Of a stretch of DNA of 32,000 nt, positions 18,984 through 27,110 are shown piece by piece. Under the pieces are notes generated by a model, which made no database searches, was not told the origin of the DNA, and worked only from the letters and a program-made list of their open reading frames with translations. Made by a program: the position numbers and the translations under genes. Every line of letters starts with the position of its first letter. The stretch's first letter is position 1. The stretch spans positions 201,256 to 233,255 of the forward strand of contig CAZXEQ010000001.1 in assembly GCA_964640155.1 (NCBI GenBank), given 5' to 3'. The stretch comes from an uncultured bacterium. GTDB taxonomy: Bacteria > Auribacterota > JACPWU01.

Positions 18984-19742
18984 TTAACCGAATCTTCCTG
19001 TAATATATTCTCCCGTTCGAACATCTGCAGGATTTGTAAAGATCTTATCTGTTTCATCTACTTCCACCAAATCTCCCATCAAAAAGAACGCGACACGATC
19101 CCCCACTCGAGCTGCTTGTTTGGTATTATTTGTTACTAATACCAGGGTATAAAATTTTTTCAACTCTAACATGGCTTCTTCTACTTTTCCTGTAGAAATA
19201 GGATCCAGGCCAGAACACGGCTCATCAAAAAGAATAACATCCGGTTCTACAGCCAATGTTCTTGCAATGCAAAGCCGCTGTTGTTGTCCCCCCGATAGCT
19301 GAAAAGCAGAATTTTGGAGACGATCTTTTACTTCTTCCCATAAATAAGAAGCTTCCAAACTTTTTTGAACAATCTCCTGCAAGGCTTTTTTAGATTTAAT
19401 GCCATGCATACGAGGACCATAGGCTACATTGTCAAAAATAGACATGGGCAACGGAATGGGTAAAGCAAAAACCATTCCTATTTTTTTTCTTAAAAAAGCA
19501 ACATCTATGTCTTGAATATTTTGACCATCCAGCAAAATTTTTCCTTCTGTTCGTATTTTTAAACCTTCGTTTAAACGATTAAGAGATCTTAAAAAAGAGG
19601 TTTTCCCACTATTCGAAGGACCGATCACACCTAAAATCTCATTTTTTAAAATATGCAGGTTTAAGTTCTTTAAGGCATGAACATTGCCATAAGAAACATT
19701 AAGATCTTCTATTTTAATTTTAATTTTGTTCTCGTTTGTCAT
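18984..19742 (-). CDS. pstB: PstB paralog with degenerate Q-loop and H-loop
   Basis: [32 protein letters not shown] and EYITGRFG are conserved. The Q-loop reads [10 protein letters not shown] (Gln to Ala) and the H-loop reads [13 protein letters not shown] (His to Asn). Start set at the ATG at 19742 ([19 protein letters not shown]); no clear SD. Confidence 0.85.
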   Translation of the reverse strand: MTNENKIKIKIEDLNVSYGNVHALKNLNLHILKNEILGVIGPSNSGKTSFLRSLNRLNEGLKIRTEGKILLDGQNIQDIDVAFLRKKIGMVFALPIPLPMSIFDNVAYGPRMHGIKSKKALQEIVQKSLEASYLWEEVKDRLQNSAFQLSGGQQQRLCIARTLAVEPDVILFDEPCSGLDPISTGKVEEAMLELKKFYTLVLVTNNTKQAARVGDRVAFFLMGDLVEVDETDKIFTNPADVRTGEYITGRFG

Positions 19743-19770
19743 AAATTTTAATATTTTTTTAAATTTTTTA

Positions 19771-19808
19771 CTGACGACCGACAACTGACGACTGAAGACT
19801 GACAACTG
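19771..19808. repeat. Heptanucleotide tandem repeat, 5.4 copies of CTGACRA
   Basis: ctgacga ccgacaa ctgacga ctgaaga ctgacaa ctg, read directly. It lies in the 73-nt pstA-pstB spacer. Confidence 0.7.
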
Positions 19809-19815
19809 TTTTTAA

Positions 19816-20664
19816 CTACCATTGTTTTCTTTTTCGAAATCGAGTCCGCATAATCACTGCAAAAAGATTAAGTACAAGCACAATAACAACTAGAACCAAG
19901 GCAGTTCCATATTGAAGATGGGGCTTAACATTGGGAACTTGTGTTGATAAAACATATAAATGATAAGGAAGAACCATTACCTGATCAAAAATAGAATGGG
20001 GTAGTTTTGGTAGATAAAAAGCTGCAACCGTAAAAAGGATTGGAGCTGTTTCTCCTGCCGCACGAGACAGACCTAAAACAGTTCCAGTCATAATACCAGG
20101 TAAAGCATTTGGAAGAACCGTATGTCGAATGGTCTGCCAACGTGTAGCACCTAAAGATAAACTTGCCTCTCGAAAAGATTGAGGAACACTGCTTAAAGCC
20201 TCTTTTGTAGAAGTGATAATGACAGGAAGCGTCATAATTCCAAGTGTAAGAGCTCCAGCCAAAATGGAAGCCCCAAATTTAAGAAAAATAACAAATAGGC
20301 CTAACCCAAAAAGCCCAAAAACAATCGATGGAACACCTGCAAGATTCACAATAGCTACTTCAATCAGACGCTTCAAAGCATTATCCTTGGCATATTCAAC
20401 CAAAAAAATGGCAGCAAATACACCTAAGGGAACAGCAAAAACCATTGTCACTGAAACCAAATAAAGAGTCCCGACAATGGCTGGAAAAATACCTCCCGCT
20501 CGCATTCCCATTCTCGGAACAGCACTTAAGAATTCCCAGCTGATCGCAGGAGCACCTCGCATTATAATTAAGGTAACAATCATTAAAACAGGCACAATGA
20601 TAATGACGGTGCATAACAATGTAAGAAAATAGGCAATCCATTGAGTATGACGAGGCGAGATCAT
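19816..20664 (-). CDS. pstA: Phosphate ABC transporter permease PstA
   Basis: 282-aa polytopic permease with the EAA-type loop (EASLSLGATRWQTIRHTVLPNALPGIMTG), in the second permease position of pstSCAB. Confidence 0.9.
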   Translation of the reverse strand: MISPRHTQWIAYFLTLLCTVIIIVPVLMIVTLIIMRGAPAISWEFLSAVPRMGMRAGGIFPAIVGTLYLVSVTMVFAVPLGVFAAIFLVEYAKDNALKRLIEVAIVNLAGVPSIVFGLFGLGLFVIFLKFGASILAGALTLGIMTLPVIITSTKEALSSVPQSFREASLSLGATRWQTIRHTVLPNALPGIMTGTVLGLSRAAGETAPILFTVAAFYLPKLPHSIFDQVMVLPYHLYVLSTQVPNVKPHLQYGTALVLVVIVLVLNLFAVIMRTRFRKRKQW

Positions 20665-20739
20665 CCCACCACCTCCTTATTCGCCAGAGACAAACCTCGA
20701 AGAGGTTGTTTACTTTGTGAACTCAAGGAGGTGGTGGGA
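20664..20739 (-). promoter_or_regulatory. Intercistronic hairpin sequestering the pstA Shine-Dalgarno sequence and start codon
   Basis: Perfect 15-bp inverted repeat: 20664-20678 pairs with 20725-20739. The mRNA reads UGA-U-UCCCACCACCUCCUU...AAGGAGGUGGUGGGA-UG. There is an inner hairpin AACCUC-UUC-GAGGUU. The element fills the whole pstC-pstA spacer. Confidence 0.6.
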
Positions 20740-20740
20740 A

Positions 20741-21640
20741 TCATTTTTTTCTCCGATGTAAAAAGAAATCAGCCAATAAATTGACAGCAAAAGTGATGAG
20801 GAATAAAACAATTCCTATTGCAAACAAAGCATCATAATGCGAACTACCTTGTACAGCCTCTCCCATTTCAGCAGCAATCGTAGCCGTCATTGTTCTTGCT
20901 GGATCAAAAAAGCTTTTAGGAAAAATAGCCGCATTACCTGTAATCATCATAACAGCCATGGTTTCTCCAATCACACGTCCAATCCCCAACATTACTCCAG
21001 CAAGAATTCCCGTTGAAGAAGCAGGAAGAATCACACGATAAATAGTTTGCCATCGTGTCGCACCTAAAGCCAATGAACCATCTCTATAACTTTTAGGAAC
21101 CGTGTTTAAGGCATCTTCAATAATGCTCACAATGGTTGGAATAGCCATAAAAGCAAGCATAATAGACCCTGTCAGAACTGTCAGTCCACTTCGCAAACCA
21201 AAAAGCTGTTTTACCAAAGGGACTAAAGTCACTAAACCAATAAATCCTAAAACAACACTTGGAATTGCTGCGAGAAGTTCCACGCCTGCTTTAAGATAGT
21301 CCCGCAATCCCTTAGGGACTATTTCACCAATAAAAATGGCACACCCCAGTCCCAAAGGAACAGAAATAAGGACAGCACCTAAAGTCACCCACAAAGATCC
21401 CATCAATAAAGGGAAAACACCAAATTTTGGAGGATAAGATATGGGGTACCAAAGATGTCCTAAAAGGAAATCTTTTACAGAAGCTGCCTTAAAAAGCGAC
21501 ATTCCCTCTTTTAATAAAAAAATAAAAATTAAAATAACGAAAATAATCGAGGCAATGCCGCTTAATAAAATCAGTTTTTCAATGACAAGTTCAGATTTTC
21601 GAATTTTATTTTTCATCACAATCTTTGCATGATATGTCAA
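20741..21640 (-). CDS. pstC: Phosphate ABC transporter permease PstC
   Basis: 299-aa polytopic permease with the EAA-type loop (DGSLALGATRWQTIYRVILPASSTGILAG), immediately after pstS. The ORF-track start at 21640 is TTG; alternative ATG at 21616. Confidence 0.9.
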   Translation of the reverse strand: MTYHAKIVMKNKIRKSELVIEKLILLSGIASIIFVILIFIFLLKEGMSLFKAASVKDFLLGHLWYPISYPPKFGVFPLLMGSLWVTLGAVLISVPLGLGCAIFIGEIVPKGLRDYLKAGVELLAAIPSVVLGFIGLVTLVPLVKQLFGLRSGLTVLTGSIMLAFMAIPTIVSIIEDALNTVPKSYRDGSLALGATRWQTIYRVILPASSTGILAGVMLGIGRVIGETMAVMMITGNAAIFPKSFFDPARTMTATIAAEMGEAVQGSSHYDALFAIGIVLFLITFAVNLLADFFLHRRKK

Positions 21641-21648
21641 ACTTGAAT

Positions 21649-22506
21649 TTAGTTTTTATCCCCTGCTTTTAAAGGAACAAAATCCATTTCCTGTACAATT
21701 TTCTGACCTTCTGGGCTCAAAATAAAATCAATCAATGCTTTTACAGTTCCCTCAGACTCTTTAGGTGTATAGAGAAGCAATGATCTTGCGATTGGGTATT
21801 CCCCAGAAGAAGCTGTTTCAACAGAGGGCAACACAAAAGGTCCCTCAACTGTCTTAGAAACTCCTAAAGGCTTTTGCCGAGAAGACAAATATCCCAAGCC
21901 AAAATAACCAATGGCATCTGGGTTCTGAGCGATCTCTTCAGCAATCGCTTGGGAGGAAGGCAACATCAATACGGAAGGATGAAACTCCTCAGGACCTTTT
22001 TCATTTCCGCGACGCACCACATGCTCTAAAAAATAGACATGTGTTCCCGAATTACGTTCTCTAGAAAGAACAACGATAGGCCTATCCTCACCTCCGACTT
22101 CCTTCCAATTTTTGGTTTTGCTCGTGAAAATATCTGAGAGTTGATCAATAGAAAGTTGTGAGACTTTATTGTCAGGATGAACTGCCACGCTCAAGGCATC
22201 AATGCCTACGGCAAACTCTTTGACATCCCTGCCTTTAGCTTTTGCCTGTTCAAATTCCTCGGGTTTCATTCCTCTAGAACTTTGAGCAATATCACAGGTT
22301 CCATTAATTAATGCTGCGATACCTGTTCCCGATCCTCCTCCCGTCACTGCAATAGAAGTTTCTGAATGCTGCCCCATAAAAGCCTCTGCCCATGCTTGTC
22401 CAAGATTCACCATGGTGTCCGAGCCTTTAACTTGTATCATTCTTTCATCAGAAAAACTGGAAAAAGTGCATCCCCAAAAAAGAATAAATAAAAATAAGCG
22501 TTTCAT
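21649..22506 (-). CDS. pstS: Periplasmic phosphate-binding protein PstS
   Basis: Signal peptide MKRLFLFILFWGCTFSSFS. PstS-family motifs VKGSDTMVNL, GGGSGTGIAALINGTCDIAQSSR and SGTHVYF. Start at the ATG at 22506 with AGGAG 7 nt upstream. Confidence 0.9.
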   Translation of the reverse strand: MKRLFLFILFWGCTFSSFSDERMIQVKGSDTMVNLGQAWAEAFMGQHSETSIAVTGGGSGTGIAALINGTCDIAQSSRGMKPEEFEQAKAKGRDVKEFAVGIDALSVAVHPDNKVSQLSIDQLSDIFTSKTKNWKEVGGEDRPIVVLSRERNSGTHVYFLEHVVRRGNEKGPEEFHPSVLMLPSSQAIAEEIAQNPDAIGYFGLGYLSSRQKPLGVSKTVEGPFVLPSVETASSGEYPIARSLLLYTPKESEGTVKALIDFILSPEGQKIVQEMDFVPLKAGDKN

Positions 22507-22548
22507 TACAGTCTCCTTTTTAATCATTTTTTCAAAATCTTAATAAGC

Positions 22549-22588
22549 CTGTCACAATTAGAATATTGTTGTGTGACAAAATTGTGAC
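22549..22588 (-). promoter_or_regulatory. Candidate Pho-box-like operator upstream of pstS
   Basis: On the pstS-coding strand, GTCACAATTTTGTCACA gives two GTCACA hexamers 11 bp apart (22588-22583 and 22577-22572). A third, inverted copy (CTGTCACA) is on the plus strand at 22549-22556, 21 bp away. All lie 45-82 nt upstream of the pstS ATG and resemble the E. coli CTGTCAT-type Pho box. Confidence 0.45.
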
Positions 22589-22667
22589 TTTTTCGTTAAA
22601 GATCCGTAACAATGATAAAAAGTGAAGAAAAATAGAACAGAACTAGAATAAAGTACAAGCTTTTTGC

Positions 22668-23186
22668 TTAACCAATGAATACTTCAGGAGAGATTAATAG
22701 TTTTAAAATGCCTTTCGTCTGCGTCAACTGACTTAAATTACGTGGAATTTCTAAAATACAAAGACCTGCTTTAGCTAAATCAATTTCTAAATCTTCTTTC
22801 CCCAATAAAAAAGAAATGAGTCGACTCATGCTCGGTTCATGTCCTACTAGCAAACAGGATTGAACTTTTTTGCATTTACTTTCTTTTTGAAGAGAGAAAA
22901 AAAAGTTCAAAAATTCTTCGGGTATTCCGGAAGGAATCAAATCTTCTGAAACAACCATTGCTTCTTTTAACTTATAAGTTTTAGCAACCATCTTTGCAGT
23001 ATCAAAAGCTCTTGTATAAGGACTCGTAAGGATACAGTCAAAAGAAAAACCTAATCTTTTCATCTTTCGAGCTACTTTTTGAACTTCTTTTTTACCTTTT
23101 TTTGTTAAAGGTCTATCTGCATCAGACATCCCCTCATGAGATTCTGGATCTACAGCACGCCCATGTCTTAAGAAATAAAGTTCCAT
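22668..23186 (-). CDS. sixA: SixA-type histidine phosphatase (phosphohistidine phosphatase family)
   Basis: 172 aa. Catalytic RHG motif (LYFLRHGRAV), TSPYTRAFDTA, and second His in LLVGHEPSMS. Size and motif order match SixA. Confidence 0.75.
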   Translation of the reverse strand: MELYFLRHGRAVDPESHEGMSDADRPLTKKGKKEVQKVARKMKRLGFSFDCILTSPYTRAFDTAKMVAKTYKLKEAMVVSEDLIPSGIPEEFLNFFFSLQKESKCKKVQSCLLVGHEPSMSRLISFLLGKEDLEIDLAKAGLCILEIPRNLSQLTQTKGILKLLISPEVFIG

Positions 23187-23218
23187 AATTTTACCTTGAA
23201 ATATAATTTTTTAAGTAG

Positions 23219-23374
23219 AAAACCTCTCAAAAAGGTCTCAGTCATGTTTTTATAGTCCCCTTTATGGGGATGCAAGGCGCACGCAAGCGACTGCGGAACC
23301 CCGATGTAATACAATCGGGACGACAAAGAAGCGCAGCGGGCAACGCAGCAAATGAGCCTTTATTCAGAGGTTTT
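23219..23374. other. G+C-rich structured island bounded by about 17-bp inverted repeats (candidate ncRNA, processing element or MITE remnant)
   Basis: AAAACCTCTCAAAAAGG (23219-23235) faces CCTTTATTCAGAGGTTTT (23357-23374). The core holds local hairpins tcccc-tttat-gggga (23256-23270) and cccgat-gtaataca-atcggg (23300-23319). The core is visibly G+C-rich against AT-rich flanks and occupies the ppk-sixA spacer. Confidence 0.4.
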
Positions 23375-23377
23375 AAA

Positions 23378-25477
23378 TCAGATAGCTTTCGAAGCCTTTT
23401 GAGGTCTCAACTCCTTTGGAAGAGATTTTTTAAACATCTCCTCCTCTTCCACTACTCTTTTGCAAAGAAATTCTTGTACTCTAAATGTCTTATTTTGTTC
23501 TGATTTTAAACGTTCATACGAACCATCTGAACAAAGCCGCCATGATTTCACATTATCTTTAAAATATAAATTTAAAATTTCTAAGAGCTCTTTTTTATTT
23601 TGGCCTTCTATGGGAAACATAATTTCAAGACGACGATCTAGATTACGTGGCATCCAATCTGCACTAGCGAGATATAATTCGTCTTCACCCCCATTGGCAA
23701 AATAATACATACGGCTATGCTCAAGAAACATATCAACAATACTCACCACTTCTATATTTTCACTCAAACCCTTTACCCCTGGTTTAAGACAACAAATTCC
23801 TCGAATATTAAGCTTTATTTTCACACCTGCTTGAGAAGCGCGATAAAGTGCTTCTATAATTTTAGAATCCACCAGAGAATTCATCTTTGCCATAATACAC
23901 CCTGGTTTTTCTTTCGAACTTCTCATGGCTTCACGCATAATCAAACGGATCAAGCGATTGCGCAAGGTATAAGGGGCCACCTCTATTTTAGACCAAACCA
24001 GAGGTTGAGAATAACCCGTGATCATATTGAAAAAACCAGAAATATCTCTCGCAAAACTTTCATCACTGGTAAAAAAACCAATATCAGAATAAAGTTTGGC
24101 TGTTTTTTCATTATAATTTCCAGTTGAAAGATGAACATAACGCCTAATTCCTTCAGGTTCACGTCTAACCACTAAACATGCTTTGCCATGTGTCTTTAGT
24201 CCAGCCACACCATAAAGCACAGTCGCCCCGACTTTTTCAAGTTGGCGTGCCCATTCAATATTTTTTTCTTCATCAAATCTTGCCTTTAATTCGACCAAGA
24301 CCGTCACTTGTTTTCCATTCTCTGCTGCTTTTTCAAGAGACGAGATAATGCTAGAGTCCTGTCCAGATCGGTAAAGCGTCTGCTTAATTGCAAGGACATC
24401 AGGATCTTGAGCAGCTGTTTCTAAGAAACGATTCACACTTGCAAAAGAGTGATAAGGTAAAAGCGTAATGACATTTTTTTCTTTTAATAACTTCCAAATA
24501 TCATCCACGTCTTGAAAATCAGGGAGTATTCGTGGCTCCCAAGCAGGCCGTTTTAAAGCATCAAATCCTGGCTGAAAAGCCAATTGCGAAATGGCCTTTA
24601 AGTCCATCCACGTATTCACTTCATAAAATTTTTGATCTGTAACCTTAAATCTATTTTTTACAAAATCTAAAAGATGTTTCGAGAGTTTAGTTTCTAAACG
24701 AACAATGGGTGCTTGACGACGCATTCGAAGAGCCTCTGCCATTACTTTCAAGAAGTCTTCATCCTTCTCTTCATCTAATGTCATTTCAGCCCCTCTTGTG
24801 AGGCGAATAACACCCTGATCTACAATCTCATATCCAAGAAAAAGATCTTTTGCAAAAAGAGCTAAAACATCTTCTAAAAGAATAAATCGATATGCATCAG
24901 AACTTCGAGGCAAAGCAATCAGACGTGAAAAATTTGAAGGAACTTCAACAAGCGCATATTTCAAACGACCTTGTTTTTGAATATCCGAAAGAGCAAACAA
25001 AACATGCAATTTCAAAGAAACAAATGAAGGCAGAGGACTTTCCTCTTGAACTGCAATGGGAGTCAATACAGGCAATAATTCTTTTTCAAAAAATCTTTTG
25101 AGATAATCCATCTCCGAATTCTGTAGCATTTGAGGTTCCACACGGACAATACCACTTTTCTCAAGCTCCGGAACAAGCACTTTCATAAAATAATCATCGC
25201 GCTTTACAACAAGAAGCCGGGTCTTTTCATCAACGAGAGGAATTGTTTCTGAACCTGATTCATAGAGACTTGCCACACGCACCATGAAAAATTCATCTAG
25301 ATTAGAACTCACAATACCTAAAAATTTCAACCGTTCTAAAAGTGGATTGGTTTCATCCATGGCTTCGGCTAAAACCCTTGCCTGAAATTCCAACAAAGAA
25401 AGCTCTCGATCAAAAAACCGATCTTTCATCACATCAACCATGGCGGATACCTCTGTTTCAATAAGACTATTGCTCAT
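23378..25477 (-). CDS. ppk: Polyphosphate kinase 1
   Basis: 699 aa. N-terminal FDRELSLLEFQARVL, the segment YGVAGLKTHGKACLVVRRE...HLSTGNYNEKTAKLYSD carrying the presumed autophosphorylated His, and two PLD-like C-terminal domains. Confidence 0.95.
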   Translation of the reverse strand: MSNSLIETEVSAMVDVMKDRFFDRELSLLEFQARVLAEAMDETNPLLERLKFLGIVSSNLDEFFMVRVASLYESGSETIPLVDEKTRLLVVKRDDYFMKVLVPELEKSGIVRVEPQMLQNSEMDYLKRFFEKELLPVLTPIAVQEESPLPSFVSLKLHVLFALSDIQKQGRLKYALVEVPSNFSRLIALPRSSDAYRFILLEDVLALFAKDLFLGYEIVDQGVIRLTRGAEMTLDEEKDEDFLKVMAEALRMRRQAPIVRLETKLSKHLLDFVKNRFKVTDQKFYEVNTWMDLKAISQLAFQPGFDALKRPAWEPRILPDFQDVDDIWKLLKEKNVITLLPYHSFASVNRFLETAAQDPDVLAIKQTLYRSGQDSSIISSLEKAAENGKQVTVLVELKARFDEEKNIEWARQLEKVGATVLYGVAGLKTHGKACLVVRREPEGIRRYVHLSTGNYNEKTAKLYSDIGFFTSDESFARDISGFFNMITGYSQPLVWSKIEVAPYTLRNRLIRLIMREAMRSSKEKPGCIMAKMNSLVDSKIIEALYRASQAGVKIKLNIRGICCLKPGVKGLSENIEVVSIVDMFLEHSRMYYFANGGEDELYLASADWMPRNLDRRLEIMFPIEGQNKKELLEILNLYFKDNVKSWRLCSDGSYERLKSEQNKTFRVQEFLCKRVVEEEEMFKKSLPKELRPQKASKAI

Positions 25478-25523
25478 AATTTCTATATCTCAATCTACGA
25501 ACTACTATCACGCGAAGTACAAA

Positions 25524-27107
25524 TTACTGTTTCTGGGGTGTTCCCTGCTTCAAAACAATCGACATTCCAAAAACATCTGAAAATAAATCACTCTTTTCAA
25601 GCAAGGATTGTCTTTCTAAAGATAAATCCCCCACCTCATCTAAAACCCAAAGTTGACAATGATCATTTTGTCTTACAAATGTAAAATCACGAATTTTCTG
25701 CTGATGCACACGATCCAAAGCATCAGTAACCCTTAAAATAGCAGCTAGTTTAGAAACAATAGGACGATCTGATTTGGGTAGGGACATATAAGGAACATGT
25801 GTTGTTTGTGGTGCAGAACGTCGATGATAGCGTACCACATTCGCAACAATATCTTTGTCCACTTTACGCAATCCAAAAATTTCAGAAGCAGCCACCAAAT
25901 AGGCGCTGTGTTTATGATGTCCTGTGGCAGAAATATACATCCCAATATCATGCAAAAGAGAAGCTACTTCCAAAAGTAAACGTTCTCGAGAACCCAACCC
26001 ATGATCCTCTTTAAGACAGTCGAATAATTTCATGCTCAAGCTGGTCACACATAAAGCATGAGCTTCATCATACTTGTATTTTCGACCAAAACTTTTTGCC
26101 GAATTAGTAACTTGTCTAGAAAGATCTGTTCTCTTTAAACCCGAAAGTAATTGAGAAATTTCAAGCAAAAGCCCATCTCGAATACTTACCAGAGGGACAA
26201 TGATATTTTCAGATTTTGTTTCAGCCAAAAAATCTGCATAAATCAAAAGAGAAGGGTAAAACATTTCTGCTTCTTCATACGTCATTTGAAATTTTCCGAC
26301 CATTTCTTCAGGAGATAATTTTGACAAAGCCTTAATAAATTCCAAAAAATCTTTTTGCTTTAAAACAACAAAGCGCTCTTCAATTTTTTCAACGAGTTGG
26401 CGACAAACCAAGCGCATGTCACCTCCCATCGCAACAAAAGTATCCACATCGCCCAAGCTATATTCCCGACTGGCTTCCTCCGCTACCGTATGAACACTGC
26501 GCTTTAAAAGCCTCTGCATCACATTGGAATCCACTCTTCCCATGCCCACCTGTTCGGGCAAGCGTAAAGAACCAATAGGAAGAGCACGCGTTAATTTCAC
26601 CTCTCCTTTAGTCATTAAAATAATTTCGGTGTGCCCTGTTCCTACTTCAATAATTAAAACGTTCTTCTTCTCAAGATCAATTTTATCCTTCAACACATCT
26701 TCAACAACCATCAACTCTAAACGATTCTCTTCTGCATCTTCTAATATTTCAACATCGATACCTGCTCTGACAAAAACTTGATCCACAAAATTATCTCGAT
26801 TAGCAGCTTCACGAACAGCACTGGTTGCAATGGCATTAAACCGACGAACCCCATAACTTTCCATCATGACTTTATAATTTTTTAAAATATCTATACCTTC
26901 GCGAATTGCATCATTGCTGAGTCTGCCTGTTTTAAAAACATCTTTTCCAAAACGAACAGGCTTTTGCAAATTTTCCAAATGGCGCACAGGTGCTTTAGGG
27001 CCCACCTCTGCAATAACCATGCGAATAGCGCTGGAGCCAATGTCTATGACCGCTACGACTTCTTTTGAAATTGTTTGTTCAACCATCTTGCCCTTGTCAC
27101 AACCCAA
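25524..27107 (-). CDS. ppx: Exopolyphosphatase / guanosine pentaphosphate phosphohydrolase (Ppx/GppA) with C-terminal HD domain
   Basis: ASKHA-fold N-terminus (VIDIGSSAIRMVIAEV, IEVGTGHTEI) and HD domain (LLHDIGMYIS...GHHKHSAYL). The ORF-track start at 27107 is TTG; alternative ATG at 27086. Confidence 0.9.
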   Translation of the reverse strand: MGCDKGKMVEQTISKEVVAVIDIGSSAIRMVIAEVGPKAPVRHLENLQKPVRFGKDVFKTGRLSNDAIREGIDILKNYKVMMESYGVRRFNAIATSAVREAANRDNFVDQVFVRAGIDVEILEDAEENRLELMVVEDVLKDKIDLEKKNVLIIEVGTGHTEIILMTKGEVKLTRALPIGSLRLPEQVGMGRVDSNVMQRLLKRSVHTVAEEASREYSLGDVDTFVAMGGDMRLVCRQLVEKIEERFVVLKQKDFLEFIKALSKLSPEEMVGKFQMTYEEAEMFYPSLLIYADFLAETKSENIIVPLVSIRDGLLLEISQLLSGLKRTDLSRQVTNSAKSFGRKYKYDEAHALCVTSLSMKLFDCLKEDHGLGSRERLLLEVASLLHDIGMYISATGHHKHSAYLVAASEIFGLRKVDKDIVANVVRYHRRSAPQTTHVPYMSLPKSDRPIVSKLAAILRVTDALDRVHQQKIRDFTFVRQNDHCQLWVLDEVGDLSLERQSLLEKSDLFSDVFGMSIVLKQGTPQKQ

Positions 27108-27110
27108 TAT

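Noticed and set aside
18911-19057. 49-aa N-terminal extension of the downstream pstB ORF
   Set aside because: It would overlap the C-terminus of the upstream pstB by 74 nt. PstB homology begins at [15 protein letters not shown] (ATG at 18910).
19743-19805. 21-aa N-terminal extension of the upstream pstB ORF (TTG start inside the heptamer repeat)
   Set aside because: PstB-like sequence begins at the ATG at 19742. The extension is simply the translated heptanucleotide repeat plus an A/T-rich tract. Kept open as a caveat in the repeat finding.
23270-23350. Loose resemblance of GGGACGACAAAGAAGC / ACGCAAGCG to c-di-GMP-I (GEMM-I) riboswitch motifs
   Set aside because: Only short motif similarity from memory. 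I could not build the two-hairpin GEMM fold with a tetraloop-receptor arrangement, and on the plus strand no gene lies downstream. It needs cmscan before being claimed.
23264-23503. 79-aa plus-strand ORF across the G+C-rich island (MGMQGARKRLRNPDV...)
   Set aside because: It is Arg/Gly-rich purely because of local G+C content and runs antisense into the ppk 3' end. It has no RBS, so the region is treated as non-coding structure.
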